This document shows, one piece after another, positions 1-8,077 of a stretch of DNA of 35,460 bases. This DNA comes from an uncultured virus (IMG/VR IMGVR_UViG_2061766007_000680) (taxonomy: Duplodnaviria > Heunggongvirae > Uroviricota > Caudoviricetes): the IMG/VR virus record IMGVR_UViG_2061766007_000680; one strand, 5' to 3'. Numbering within the stretch: the stretch's first letter is position 1; each line of letters opens with the position of its first letter. Both the position numbers and the translations under genes were made by a program. A model generated the notes under the pieces. The model did no database searches. It was not told the origin of the DNA and saw only the letters and a list, made by a program, of their open reading frames with translations.

Positions 1-36
1 AGCCCCCCTGCGTTACCGCTAGACCACGCCTATTAA
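1..36 (-). tRNA. Possible 5' half of a tRNA gene, truncated by the window edge (anticodon outside the window)
   Basis: The reverse complement reads ATAGGCGTGGTCTAGCGGTAACGCAGGGGGGCT. This has a tRNA-like D-loop (AGCGGTA), a G-rich anticodon-stem 5' strand and CT at the expected 32-33 positions. D-stem pairing is irregular and the 3' half is not visible. Confidence 0.4.
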
Positions 37-74
37 ATACGGCCAGGCTGTTGGCTGTTTAACTCCTCCAGGTA

Positions 75-125
75 AAAATTGGATTTTTTCATAGGGGGTG
101 CCCCTTTTTTAGAAAATCCAATTTT
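75..125. repeat. Inverted repeat / cruciform with GC core, followed by A/T tracts
   Basis: AAAATTGGATTTT (75-87) pairs perfectly with AAAATCCAATTTT (113-125). Inner AGGGG-gtg-CCCCT (93-105). A/T homopolymer tracts run to about 160. Confidence 0.75.
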
Positions 126-158
126 CAAAAAAATTTTCCAAAATTTTTTTTCATTTTT

Positions 159-312
159 TTATAAACTACTCCCCATAATTACTATTTGTATATCTTCCTT
201 TCGGATAATATTCATAGAGCAAACCATATCAATTTTCGAATAATCAAATTTTCCGTTGTACTTTTTAATTGCTTTCTCGATAAATCTTTTTTTGTTTTTC
301 TTCTTTAGTCAT
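159..312 (-). pseudogene. Frameshifted remnant of a DUF723-like (homing endonuclease-associated) protein
   Basis: ATG at 312 gives MTKEEKQK. Removing one A from a 7-A run continues as RFIEKAIKKYNGKFDYSKID, which matches the 'FIEKA...GxKYDYS' repeat. No nuclease domain follows. Confidence 0.55.
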
Positions 313-460
313 AATTTAAAATGTTTTATATACTATGAATATACAAAAGATAATTAAAAAGAGTAGGCTTACATATTTTTTAATAAAAATATTTGTCATA
401 CACCACTGTTTTTCATATGAAATTTACAAGATTTTTTTCCACAAGGCCCTATGCATAAAA

Positions 461-486
461 AACGGATATCATTTCTGATACCCGTT
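461..486 (-). terminator. Rho-independent terminator downstream of 510..1199
   Basis: AACGGATATC-atttct-GATACCCGTT hairpin (1 mismatch) flanked by A-runs on +, i.e. a U-tail on -. Confidence 0.6.
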
Positions 487-509
487 AAAAAGTAAATATA
501 CTTTTAAAA

Positions 510-1199
510 TTATTTTTTAGTATTTATCATTCCGTTTAAAGTTTCTCTAATAATTTCTCTTAATTTTGATTCGTTAAGTTTAAGAGGTTTTTTAGATTCG
601 TCTACAGAAGCGCCGCCTCTTAGTGTAGGTATTGTATTGTATACGGTTGCTTGTTCGCCTTTTCCGAAACTTTGTTCTTGGTTTTCTTTGCTTCTATAGT
701 CTTCGGTCCATTCTTTTTCTTCTTCCCATATTTCTTGGAAGTTAGGCACGTGTTTATAGAGTAGGACTTTAATTTGTTTTGCTACGCCTTTCATTGATTG
801 GAATGGTGATATATTCATATTATCGTCGGTGGTCCAATTATCATTTGCGTCTCGTTCACCAGTTATTTGTTTCCATGCGTCTTCGTCCCATGCTTCTGCA
901 CCTTCCATGAATTCATTTCCGTGGTGATAGAAGTAGGCATGTACTCCGCCTTGTTCATCTATATTAGCATAGATAGCATGGTATGTCATGAATGCGTTTT
1001 TAAGTGCTTCTGGGTTTCTGAATTTTCCGTTTTTAATTTTTGATGAGTCTGGTACATATATTTCCATTCCAGGTACTTGTCTATAGTCTTCTATTTCCCA
1101 GTAACTAGGTTTAATTCTTGGTCTACCCTCGTCCATCATTTCGTTTAGGGTTTGTTTGACTAATTGTCTTAATTGGTTTTCATTTATTTTAATTTTCAT
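510..1199 (-). CDS. Phage protein with 'NExxLRxxxxxTLNE' motifs at both termini; possible internal head protein
   Basis: 229-aa ORF. N-terminal INENQLRQLVKQTLNE and C-terminal LNESKLREIIRETLN. Confidence 0.75.
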   Translation of the reverse strand: MKIKINENQLRQLVKQTLNEMMDEGRPRIKPSYWEIEDYRQVPGMEIYVPDSSKIKNGKFRNPEALKNAFMTYHAIYANIDEQGGVHAYFYHHGNEFMEGAEAWDEDAWKQITGERDANDNWTTDDNMNISPFQSMKGVAKQIKVLLYKHVPNFQEIWEEEKEWTEDYRSKENQEQSFGKGEQATVYNTIPTLRGGASVDESKKPLKLNESKLREIIRETLNGMINTKK

Positions 1200-1250
1200 A
1201 ACGTTATTTTGTTTTGTTATTATGGTTTTTATTATTCATATGTTTTATAT

Positions 1251-1308
1251 ATAAATATGTTTATATTTTAGAAAAAGTGTTATTATTTTATTTTTTCTTT
1301 GTATTTAT
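1251..1308. promoter_or_regulatory. Divergent pair of TATTTAT motifs (putative phage late promoters)
   Basis: TATTTAT on - at 1251-1257 and on + at 1302-1308, each upstream of one of the divergent genes. The motif recurs upstream of other genes. Confidence 0.5.
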
Positions 1309-1337
1309 ATACATATAATAATAGTATATATAAAGAT

Positions 1338-1799
1338 ATGGAAAAAGTAGTTAAGATAAGTGAGTCACAATTAAGGTCTGTAATAAGAGAAGTTTTGAAT
1401 GAAGTGATATTAAGTGAAGCGAAATACACGCCTATTAGGGGTTATGCTTCATATTGTCCAGGTGAGAGGGATTTAGGTTTTGAATGGGATGATAATACCA
1501 GTAGTGAATTAGATGGGTTAATGTATACTGATTATAGATTAACGTTCACTGCTAGTTTATGTGAATATCGGGGCGATTATTATCAACCGTCGGAAGAATA
1601 TCTTGAGGGTATTAAATTAGTAGATGATAGTGGTATTAAAGATGTTATTATGAGGATAAAACGAATCAATCCAGAGTTAGGTTCGGTTGTTGAACGTGAT
1701 TTTAGTAATTATATAAATGATGCTTTTGATGAGAGGGCGGTTATTGATGGCGTTGTAGAGTGGGATTTCAACAATCCAGATTATAGTGATTACGATTAA
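1338..1799 (+). CDS. Acidic phage protein with N-terminal 'ISESQLRSVIREVLNE' motif
   Basis: ATG at 1338 (MEKVVKISESQLR) is preferred over TTG at 1299, which overlaps the promoter motif. Confidence 0.75.
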   Translation: MEKVVKISESQLRSVIREVLNEVILSEAKYTPIRGYASYCPGERDLGFEWDDNTSSELDGLMYTDYRLTFTASLCEYRGDYYQPSEEYLEGIKLVDDSGIKDVIMRIKRINPELGSVVERDFSNYINDAFDERAVIDGVVEWDFNNPDYSDYD

Positions 1800-1804
1800 G
1801 AAAT

Positions 1805-1832
1805 AAATGGGAGAGTATTTAACTCTCCATTT
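1805..1832. terminator. Bidirectional terminator between convergent genes
   Basis: AAATGG-GAGAGT-attta-ACTCTC-CATTT hairpin between stops at 1799 and 1833. Confidence 0.75.
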
Positions 1833-2774
1833 TTAATCGTTCCATTGTCCTAACATTTCGTTTTTACATTCTGGGAATTTTTTAGCCCTTTCATGGTCCT
1901 GTTCATCTGGGAATATTGTGTATATAAGTTTATTTGAAATACTATCAACACCTATATTACATGGTGCGAAGAAATCTTTCATTACCTTATAATTTCTCCA
2001 TTTAGGTTCTAATGGCGTTCCGACAATTATCATTCTACCGTTTTCTATTAGTGTACTTCTAAGGTCATTTTCAGTCTTTAATGGAATTGTAAATGAAACC
2101 ATATCATCCACGATAATTAAATCGAACTTTTTACTTACTAAAAATCTTGACGAAATTTCACCTCTAATTTCGTGATATGTTAGGTTGGTTACCTTTCTTA
2201 ATTGTGGTTCGCATTGTCCATATCCAAGATATAAAACTTTCTTTCCGTTTAATGCTTCTATATAGGCGATTATTTTACAAATTGTAGAAACGCCTTTTTG
2301 TCTTGGTTTTTGGATTAACAACGTATCTTTTTCGTTATTTAGTTTTTTATATTGATGAATAATATCTTTTTGTATCTTTGTTAAGCATGAATCTTCTGGT
2401 AACCAAGGATTAAGTCTGGTAAATAAATCTTCAGCATACCTAATATTTAAAACAACTTCCCCAGTTAATGATGCATCAAACTCAGCCTGTACTCTGTGCA
2501 GTTCTTCTTTGCTAAAATACCCATTTTTAACCAAGAATGTACCAAATAATTCTGTATGTTTTTTGTAACCTTCGATGTAACAGGTTTTGCCGTGATCTAC
2601 CACATCTCTACGTAAGTCTTTAAATGAAAATAATTTGGATGAGGTGTCATAAGCATTTCTTTCAATGTCGATAGGAGACCAATTTCCTTTATAAAAAAAT
2701 CCGATTGGAGTTTCGTCGCATTCTCCGTGTACATCTACATCATTGTGTTTTTCTGTCGTAATCATAAAATTCAC
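1833..2774 (-). CDS. Terminase-large-subunit-like P-loop ATPase domain protein (no nuclease domain)
   Basis: LLIQKPRQKGVST (Walker A-like), FDLIIVDD (Walker B) and MIIVGTP (motif III-like). Start is GTG 2774 or ATG 2765. Confidence 0.7.
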   Translation of the reverse strand: MNFMITTEKHNDVDVHGECDETPIGFFYKGNWSPIDIERNAYDTSSKLFSFKDLRRDVVDHGKTCYIEGYKKHTELFGTFLVKNGYFSKEELHRVQAEFDASLTGEVVLNIRYAEDLFTRLNPWLPEDSCLTKIQKDIIHQYKKLNNEKDTLLIQKPRQKGVSTICKIIAYIEALNGKKVLYLGYGQCEPQLRKVTNLTYHEIRGEISSRFLVSKKFDLIIVDDMVSFTIPLKTENDLRSTLIENGRMIIVGTPLEPKWRNYKVMKDFFAPCNIGVDSISNKLIYTIFPDEQDHERAKKFPECKNEMLGQWND

Positions 2775-2859
2775 TCCCTAATATGTGTCGGGCACAACTT
2801 TTTTATTTAATTATTTGTATAAAACATAGTGAAAATTATGATAAGGTAAATAGAAAAAA

Positions 2860-2888
2860 AATAGGTAACCAATTTATGATTACCTATT
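2860..2888 (-). terminator. Rho-independent terminator
   Basis: AATAGGTAA / TTACCTATT stem with an adjacent A-run (U-tail on -) at the end of 2880..3200. Confidence 0.65.
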
Positions 2889-3200
2889 ATTGTGTGTTTC
2901 CCATGTTTCGAGCCCAGTTAAATAACTATGATATCTTTGTTTTATATAGTCAGGTGTTATGTTTGACTTGAAATAGAATAAATAATCTTGATATTTGATT
3001 TTCTTAAGTCTTTCGAAGAAACAAGCAATTTCTTCGTCTGTGGCATAAGCAAATTTTTTTATACCAGGCGAGGAGTCACCATAAGCAGATACCCACGTCT
3101 CTTTGCAATCAGATTCTTTTTCTATTTTAGTATTGTCGGTTATTGCGTAGTACGATCTTGCAACAAAGTCTGATTCATAGTCGAAAGTATTTATAATCAT
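2880..3200 (-). CDS. Hypothetical protein, probably the 3' part of a longer gene starting at 3301
   Basis: The frame stays open 27 codons upstream of ATG 3200, up to a TAG at 3282-3284. C-terminal 'YATDEEI..FFERL' motif. Confidence 0.6.
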   Translation of the reverse strand: MIINTFDYESDFVARSYYAITDNTKIEKESDCKETWVSAYGDSSPGIKKFAYATDEEIACFFERLKKIKYQDYLFYFKSNITPDYIKQRYHSYLTGLETWETHNNR

Positions 3201-3303
3201 GAAACCTTCTATTGTTCCTTCTTTGCCAGGTAGAAAACTTTTGCAAATAATATCTTCGTAATTATATGGTTCGCCAGTTTCCTAAGTTCTTCGTTTAACA
3301 TAA

Positions 3304-3450
3304 TTAATAATCGTTTGCAATATCTTCCATTAAATCCATCGCAGAACACATGTCCTCATCGATTAATTTGCTGCATAGCCATGCTGCAACCTCTTTGAAA
3401 TTTTTGCCAAAGATTTTTTCTCCTTGTTTGTAAAGTTCTTTTTTATCCAT
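3304..3450 (-). CDS. Small hypothetical protein (48 aa)
   Basis: MDKKELYKQGEKSFGKNFKEVAAWLCSKLIDEDMCSAMDLMEDIANDY; fills the gap in the operon. Confidence 0.6.
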   Translation of the reverse strand: MDKKELYKQGEKIFGKNFKEVAAWLCSKLIDEDMCSAMDLMEDIANDY

Positions 3451-3461
3451 AACTCTATATT

Positions 3462-3824
3462 TTATTTGTTTGTATCATCTAAGTAAAATACTGGTTTAAA
3501 TCCTAATAGTGATACGATGTTAACCATAGCCTCATATTCGTCGTATGTCAGGCTAAAATTTTGTGTCGGCTTATCTCCTTGATTAACTGAGTATAGTTCG
3601 GCATCAAACCCCTCTTGGTTAGCCCACTCGGTTACTTCTAGGTAGTCACCATCTTTTGCAAAGGGTGATATCATAGCCAAATCAACAGATGCTGACTTTC
3701 GTGGCACAATATCGCTGATTGCTAGTCTTGTTTTGGCGCATGACGGGCATGTTTTATCGTCGAATGATTCTAGTTCAAAATCTTCTGGTGTATCACAACA
3801 ATATTTACATTTTTTCGTTTCCAT
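3462..3824 (-). CDS. Hypothetical protein with N-terminal CxxC...CxxC zinc-finger
   Basis: CKYC ... CPSC. Confidence 0.7.
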   Translation of the reverse strand: METKKCKYCCDTPEDFELESFDDKTCPSCAKTRLAISDIVPRKSASVDLAMISPFAKDGDYLEVTEWANQEGFDAELYSVNQGDKPTQNFSLTYDEYEAMVNIVSLLGFKPVFYLDDTNK

Positions 3825-4020
3825 TTTTAGTTTTGGCTATCGTCTCGCCTATTTTGATTATTGTTTCTAATAGTTCTTTTTCTACTTTATACCAATTTTC
3901 AAATTCTTCGTATAGCGGGTAAAAAAGTAAATAAGAAAATGCACCGCCAAGCGCTATACCAGCAAGTATTGAAAGTAGTATTTCCCACCACGCTAAACCT
4001 GTAAACATATAACAAAACAT
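3805..4020 (-). CDS. Small membrane protein
   Basis: Hydrophobic N-terminal helix (WWEILLSILAGIALGGAFSYLLFYPL). Confidence 0.65.
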   Translation of the reverse strand: MFCYMFTGLAWWEILLSILAGIALGGAFSYLLFYPLYEEFENWYKVEKELLETIIKIGETIAKTKNGNEKM

Positions 4021-4179
4021 TTAGATATTATGTATTCTTATACCACAACATGGGCATATCCAATATCTGTATTGGAGAGCACCGAAATCATCAACTTTGA
4101 TATCTTTTAGCTATAATTCAACTACGGCGCCACAATACATGCAAGTTCTTTTAAAATCTCCTAGTTTAATAATTTTCAT
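4021..4179 (-). CDS. Small zinc-ribbon protein interrupted by an in-frame TAG (pseudogene or read-through)
   Basis: MKIIKLGDFKRTCMYCGAVVEL[TAG 4111-4113]LKDIKVDDFGALQYRYWICPCCGIRIHNI. The two Cys knuckles lie on either side of the TAG. Confidence 0.7.
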
Positions 4180-4182
4180 GTC

Positions 4183-4737
4183 TTACCTCCATTCCCAATG
4201 ACAATCTTGGCATTCGAACCGATCGACACTCATTCCAGCATGACAGTGTACGTTTCTAGAGCCACAGTGTGGGCACACATACTCGTTCGATGGTTGCACT
4301 GGTTGTACACCTTCAAAAGCATAGTCATGCTCTGGGATTTCAATGTTGTTCTCTTTTCGATATGCAATCTCGGCTAATATCTCAATGTTAGCTAATTTAT
4401 TTTGTTTCTCATTGTTATATTCGATTATTGCTTGCAGGTGATCATTTGACAATTTAGACAAAGGAACCCAAACTCGATTTCCTTCACGATCAAATGTACC
4501 GCGAAGACGATATTGGCGTTGAACACCCCAATCTTCATCGCCGTAAATCGAAGCATCCTTGGCTTTTTCTACGTTATCAGATACGCGACGGTATAAATCA
4601 TTACCACCATCAAGCATATATCGTTCGCCATTTGCATCTTCGTAAAACACACAATCGTGGGTGAAACGAGACCATAGGATTGTTCCGTCTGGTGTTTGTA
4701 TTCGATTTGCTATAATTTTTTTATCTTGTTTTACCAT
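4183..4737 (-). CDS. Phage hypothetical protein with C-terminal zinc ribbon
   Basis: IQTPDGTILWSRFTHD...YMLDGG N-terminal domain; C-terminal CPHCGS...CQDC. Start ATG 4737. Confidence 0.75.
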   Translation of the reverse strand: MVKQDKKIIANRIQTPDGTILWSRFTHDCVFYEDANGERYMLDGGNDLYRRVSDNVEKAKDASIYGDEDWGVQRQYRLRGTFDREGNRVWVPLSKLSNDHLQAIIEYNNEKQNKLANIEILAEIAYRKENNIEIPEHDYAFEGVQPVQPSNEYVCPHCGSRNVHCHAGMSVDRFECQDCHWEWR

Positions 4738-4753
4738 GTTGTAAATATACAAT

Positions 4754-5557
4754 TTATTTTTTACTTTCTAAGTATTGTTTAATCTTTTCTTGAATTGTTT
4801 TATCAAAGAATTCTGTTTGTTTTACAATCCAAGTTAGATAATCAGGATTTGTTTTATAAACCTCATCAATAGTTTGCCCTTTATATTTTCCAAATGTAAA
4901 AGTAAATGTATCCTCTGTTTTTTTGCAACTATTTTCAGTGACTATTGGCTGGTCCTCGACAACTTCCAATGATAGTGCTGTAATAAGAGGCAACAATTTA
5001 TCATCAATAGTAAATTCCATACTAATTTCTTTTCTACTTGCATTATAATCAGCAATATGCAAAAGTTTTTCAGCATCAGTAGTCGGTTTTCTCTCACCAT
5101 CTTTGACACCCCAAACGCCCATGTGCGTAGAAATAGCGTCGGCAATATACTGAGCCTCTTCTTTTGGCAGTAATTCTGGGTGCTCTGTTTGTGTTTGCAT
5201 TACGAGGTCATATGCTGCTCTCGCATGTTTTTGAATATAGCCACCATCCGCAGTATGTTTCCTTATATCATGCAAAATTGCTGCTGCAGCAAGCAGTTCA
5301 CCCTGTCTCTCAGTTACATCAAATAACTCTGTCCTATATAGTTCTCGTGCCCAATAAGCAACTGCTCTTGTGTGCCGCATAAGGCCACCATCACCTAAAG
5401 CATATTTAGGATGATATTTACCACTGGTTGATGCAGGATCGTGATAGAACCAATCTCCAGTTCCTTCCAGGATAATCTCAACAAATTTTCGTAATTTCTT
5501 ATCTTTGAACTGTCCCAACTCAAATAAGAAACATGCAATTTTTTCTTCGTTTGTCAT
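4754..5557 (-). CDS. HD-domain phosphohydrolase with C-terminal 'FGKYKG' (exonuclease X C-terminal / DUF3820-like) domain
   Basis: H...LHD...H...H...AD motif series; FTFGKYKGQTIDEV...YLTW tail. Confidence 0.85.
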   Translation of the reverse strand: MTNEEKIACFLFELGQFKDKKLRKFVEIILEGTGDWFYHDPASTSGKYHPKYALGDGGLMRHTRAVAYWARELYRTELFDVTERQGELLAAAAILHDIRKHTADGGYIQKHARAAYDLVMQTQTEHPELLPKEEAQYIADAISTHMGVWGVKDGERKPTTDAEKLLHIADYNASRKEISMEFTIDDKLLPLITALSLEVVEDQPIVTENSCKKTEDTFTFTFGKYKGQTIDEVYKTNPDYLTWIVKQTEFFDKTIQEKIKQYLESKK

Positions 5558-5567
5558 GTGTTTATTA

Positions 5568-6152
5568 TTATTTAAAACTATTATTATATTCCATTAGTAA
5601 TGACTCAATGTTAGATGGTAAACCACTGCATTTTAATCTCCACTTATACATGAGTTCCATGTTCAATCTAAGTGGGCTTATAACCTTTTCATTTTTTAGC
5701 ACTTGTATTGCAAGGAATACGGTTCTATCTGACAGACCATACCATCCATCGGTTTGTACAAAATGAAATAGTTGCTCTTCGAGCATATCGATATCATCGT
5801 CTATAATGACGTATGATTCTACCTCGTCTTCGTGTGCATCAAGCCATCTTTGTATTTCGTCGCCTCTCGCTGAACCCATGTGGTCAGTAACGTCGATAAT
5901 AGATTTAATGAAAAGCGAATCTTCGGTTATTTCTTTGGTTTTGCGCTCGAAGAATCCTCTGAAATCTCTTTCAATGAACTCTTCGGCGTTTCTACAGCCA
6001 ACGGACCAAGATGAGGACACAACAATTTTAGCATCAGTTGCTTTTATTATATCCTCCAGTAGTTTCACCTTTTGAGGGTCTACGTTGTAATGAGAGTACG
6101 TAGTTGCAAGGACCCCATCTATGTCAAGAAAAATTATTCTATTTTTTTCCAT
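5568..6152 (-). CDS. HAD-superfamily phosphatase, Swiss-Army-Knife RNA-repair type (HAD_SAK_2-like)
   Basis: IIFLDIDGVL, KIVVSSSW, RGDEIQRWL, YVIIDDDIDM. Confidence 0.85.
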   Translation of the reverse strand: MEKNRIIFLDIDGVLATTYSHYNVDPQKVKLLEDIIKATDAKIVVSSSWSVGCRNAEEFIERDFRGFFERKTKEITEDSLFIKSIIDVTDHMGSARGDEIQRWLDAHEDEVESYVIIDDDIDMLEEQLFHFVQTDGWYGLSDRTVFLAIQVLKNEKVISPLRLNMELMYKWRLKCSGLPSNIESLLMEYNNSFK

Positions 6153-7132
6153 ATATAATTGTTAAAAAATATTTCGTTATTGTTTTTTTTAAATTTTCCA
6201 TATAGAGTAGTTACTGGCAAATTAATATATTCCGATAATGACTTGACACCATAAAAAACATTAACAATTGCGCCGTTACTATCTATTTGTTGTATGACAT
6301 GATTCCTTTTCCTTGAAGGGAGTTTGTCCTTATATTCTGAATACATGTTATATTTTCGACTCAAATAAATGTTTTTATCACCATTGTATATATAATTTAA
6401 AATTTTTATGGAGTCAAATGTACCCCAATACACCTTATAAACATTTTTTTTATTCAGAGATATCCTTATTAATGCCTTATGGGGTATATTAAATTTATTT
6501 AAAAAATATTCTTGTATGAAAGTTAAAACTTCTTTTGTTGATATTAAATTGCATTTTAAATAACTATTCGTAACATCCAGGTATACAGAACCGTCACCAT
6601 CAAATAATCCAGCGATAAAATATGAAAAATATTTCTCATCAATATTCGGAAATACAAATATATCTGTTTTGTTTTCGTTTATACCCCATTTTAATAAATT
6701 GTTAACAAAATAAGTATTGGTTATTTGGATTGAATATCTGCAATATTTTTTGTTTGTTCTTTTGTCACTAATTGTTACTTTACTAATTTTGTGTTCTGCT
6801 TGTGTAGCATTTTTGAATTTTAATATAACTTCTTCGTCTTTACTACTTAACGTCACTTTATTTTTTTCTTTTGTTGTGCAACCATCAGCAACAAGATAAC
6901 CAAGCCAATAAGCCTTTTCTCCACTATCAATATTCTTAAAATATTCTTCGTTAACTCTTTTTTTTATTAGCGTTTTACACCCTTTTTTTGTTGTGGTAAC
7001 ATTATATTTCCTTTTAATTTGTGAAATTCGTGACTGTGAAACTTGAAATTCTTCAGCAATTTCTCTTTGTAATTTAAACTTTAGTAAGTTTACAATAGTC
7101 TTTTCTTGTTCGGTTGTTAGTTTTTCATTCAT
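6134..7132 (-). CDS. Free-standing double-motif LAGLIDADG homing endonuclease with N-terminal HTH
   Basis: AYWLGYLVADG and FIAGLFDGDG motifs; QREIAEEFQVSQSRIS HTH; NUMOD1-like C-terminus. More AT-rich than its neighbours. Confidence 0.9.
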   Translation of the reverse strand: MNEKLTTEQEKTIVNLLKFKLQREIAEEFQVSQSRISQIKRKYNVTTTKKGCKTLIKKRVNEEYFKNIDSGEKAYWLGYLVADGCTTKEKNKVTLSSKDEEVILKFKNATQAEHKISKVTISDKRTNKKYCRYSIQITNTYFVNNLLKWGINENKTDIFVFPNIDEKYFSYFIAGLFDGDGSVYLDVTNSYLKCNLISTKEVLTFIQEYFLNKFNIPHKALIRISLNKKNVYKVYWGTFDSIKILNYIYNGDKNIYLSRKYNMYSEYKDKLPSRKRNHVIQQIDSNGAIVNVFYGVKSLSEYINLPVTTLYGKFKKNNNEIFFNNYIWKKIE

Positions 7133-7208
7133 AATAATTTACTTTTTTATTATAAATATATTCAAACTAATATTTTAAGACTATATCAGTGTGTTAAATA
7201 CACTTTTT

Positions 7209-7625
7209 TTATTTTCCATTGTCATCAAATGTCCAATAGCCATACACACACCTATCTGGTCCTGGTTCAAAGGTATCGTTTACAACTCCGTCAATAACTG
7301 TAGTTAAATGGTGCCCCATCTGACACACAAGTTTGCCCCTTACTGGAAGTTCTCCTTCTCTTAGGTGAGTTGTGCATCCAGTGCCAATACCCATTGTCGG
7401 GTGCCATTCTCCACCTAAATTTTTGAGGGCTACTTTTGAATATTTCTTTTTTACACCATTTCGCGGCGTTTCTCCAGTTAACTCCTTTAGGTAGTTATAA
7501 ACTTCCTTGTAGTCTTTTCCTGTTACAATACTTATTGCCCTGGTTACGCAATCTCTAACGTCTTTAGCCTTGTAGTATTGCGAACGGCCTCCGTCGTTAT
7601 ATTTAAATGGTAATGGTTTATTCAT
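7209..7625 (-). CDS. Conserved phage protein, possible Cys-His-Asp papain-like fold
   Basis: YNDGGR...DCVTRAI...HLTTVIDG...DTF. Confidence 0.65.
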   Translation of the reverse strand: MNKPLPFKYNDGGRSQYYKAKDVRDCVTRAISIVTGKDYKEVYNYLKELTGETPRNGVKKKYSKVALKNLGGEWHPTMGIGTGCTTHLREGELPVRGKLVCQMGHHLTTVIDGVVNDTFEPGPDRCVYGYWTFDDNGK

Positions 7626-8074
7626 TATGCTAAATTTTTAGATACTACTTGTGCAACTAACTTACCATCTGCACTAGGAAGAGAACTCTTTATCATTTTG
7701 ATAATGATACCCATATTTTTTTTAACAGGTTCAATACCATCTTGTCCAATTACATCGTTGAAACACTTCAAAATATCTTCCTCCGTTGCTTCTTCTGGCA
7801 AAAACTCTTTGATAATTGTGATTTGATCTGCTTCTGCATATGCCAAATCATCTCGTTTAGCAGCAAAATACTGTTCCATCGATTCTTGGCGTTGTTTAAC
7901 CATTTTCTTTAGGACATTAATCTCATCAGTCTCTGTCATCTCTTTACCAGCATTCTCTTTTGCTGTTTGCCAATTCATAAATGCGGTTTTAATTGCACGA
8001 TATGTTTCTGTTCGTACAGAATTATGGGCCTTCATGGACTCCATAATCAAGTTATTTAAAATGTCTTTAATCAT
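7625..8074 (-). CDS. yqeY: GatB/YqeY domain protein
   Basis: MKA...RAIK...KMVKQRQESMEQY...RDDL...E...FLP...K.MG...ADGKLVA signature. Confidence 0.9.
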   Translation of the reverse strand: MIKDILNNLIMESMKAHNSVRTETYRAIKTAFMNWQTAKENAGKEMTETDEINVLKKMVKQRQESMEQYFAAKRDDLAYAEADQITIIKEFLPEEATEEDILKCFNDVIGQDGIEPVKKNMGIIIKMIKSSLPSADGKLVAQVVSKNLA

Positions 8075-8077
8075 AAT

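Noticed and set aside
2783..2920. Weak direct repeat ATGTGTCGGGCACAACT / ATGTTTCGAGCCCAGTT
   Set aside because: Only two short copies with several mismatches, one inside a coding region; compatible with chance.
6134..7132. Group I intron or intein host for the LAGLIDADG ORF
   Set aside because: Both neighbours are complete unrelated genes, flanking non-coding DNA is too short for a ribozyme core, and there are no intein terminal residues.
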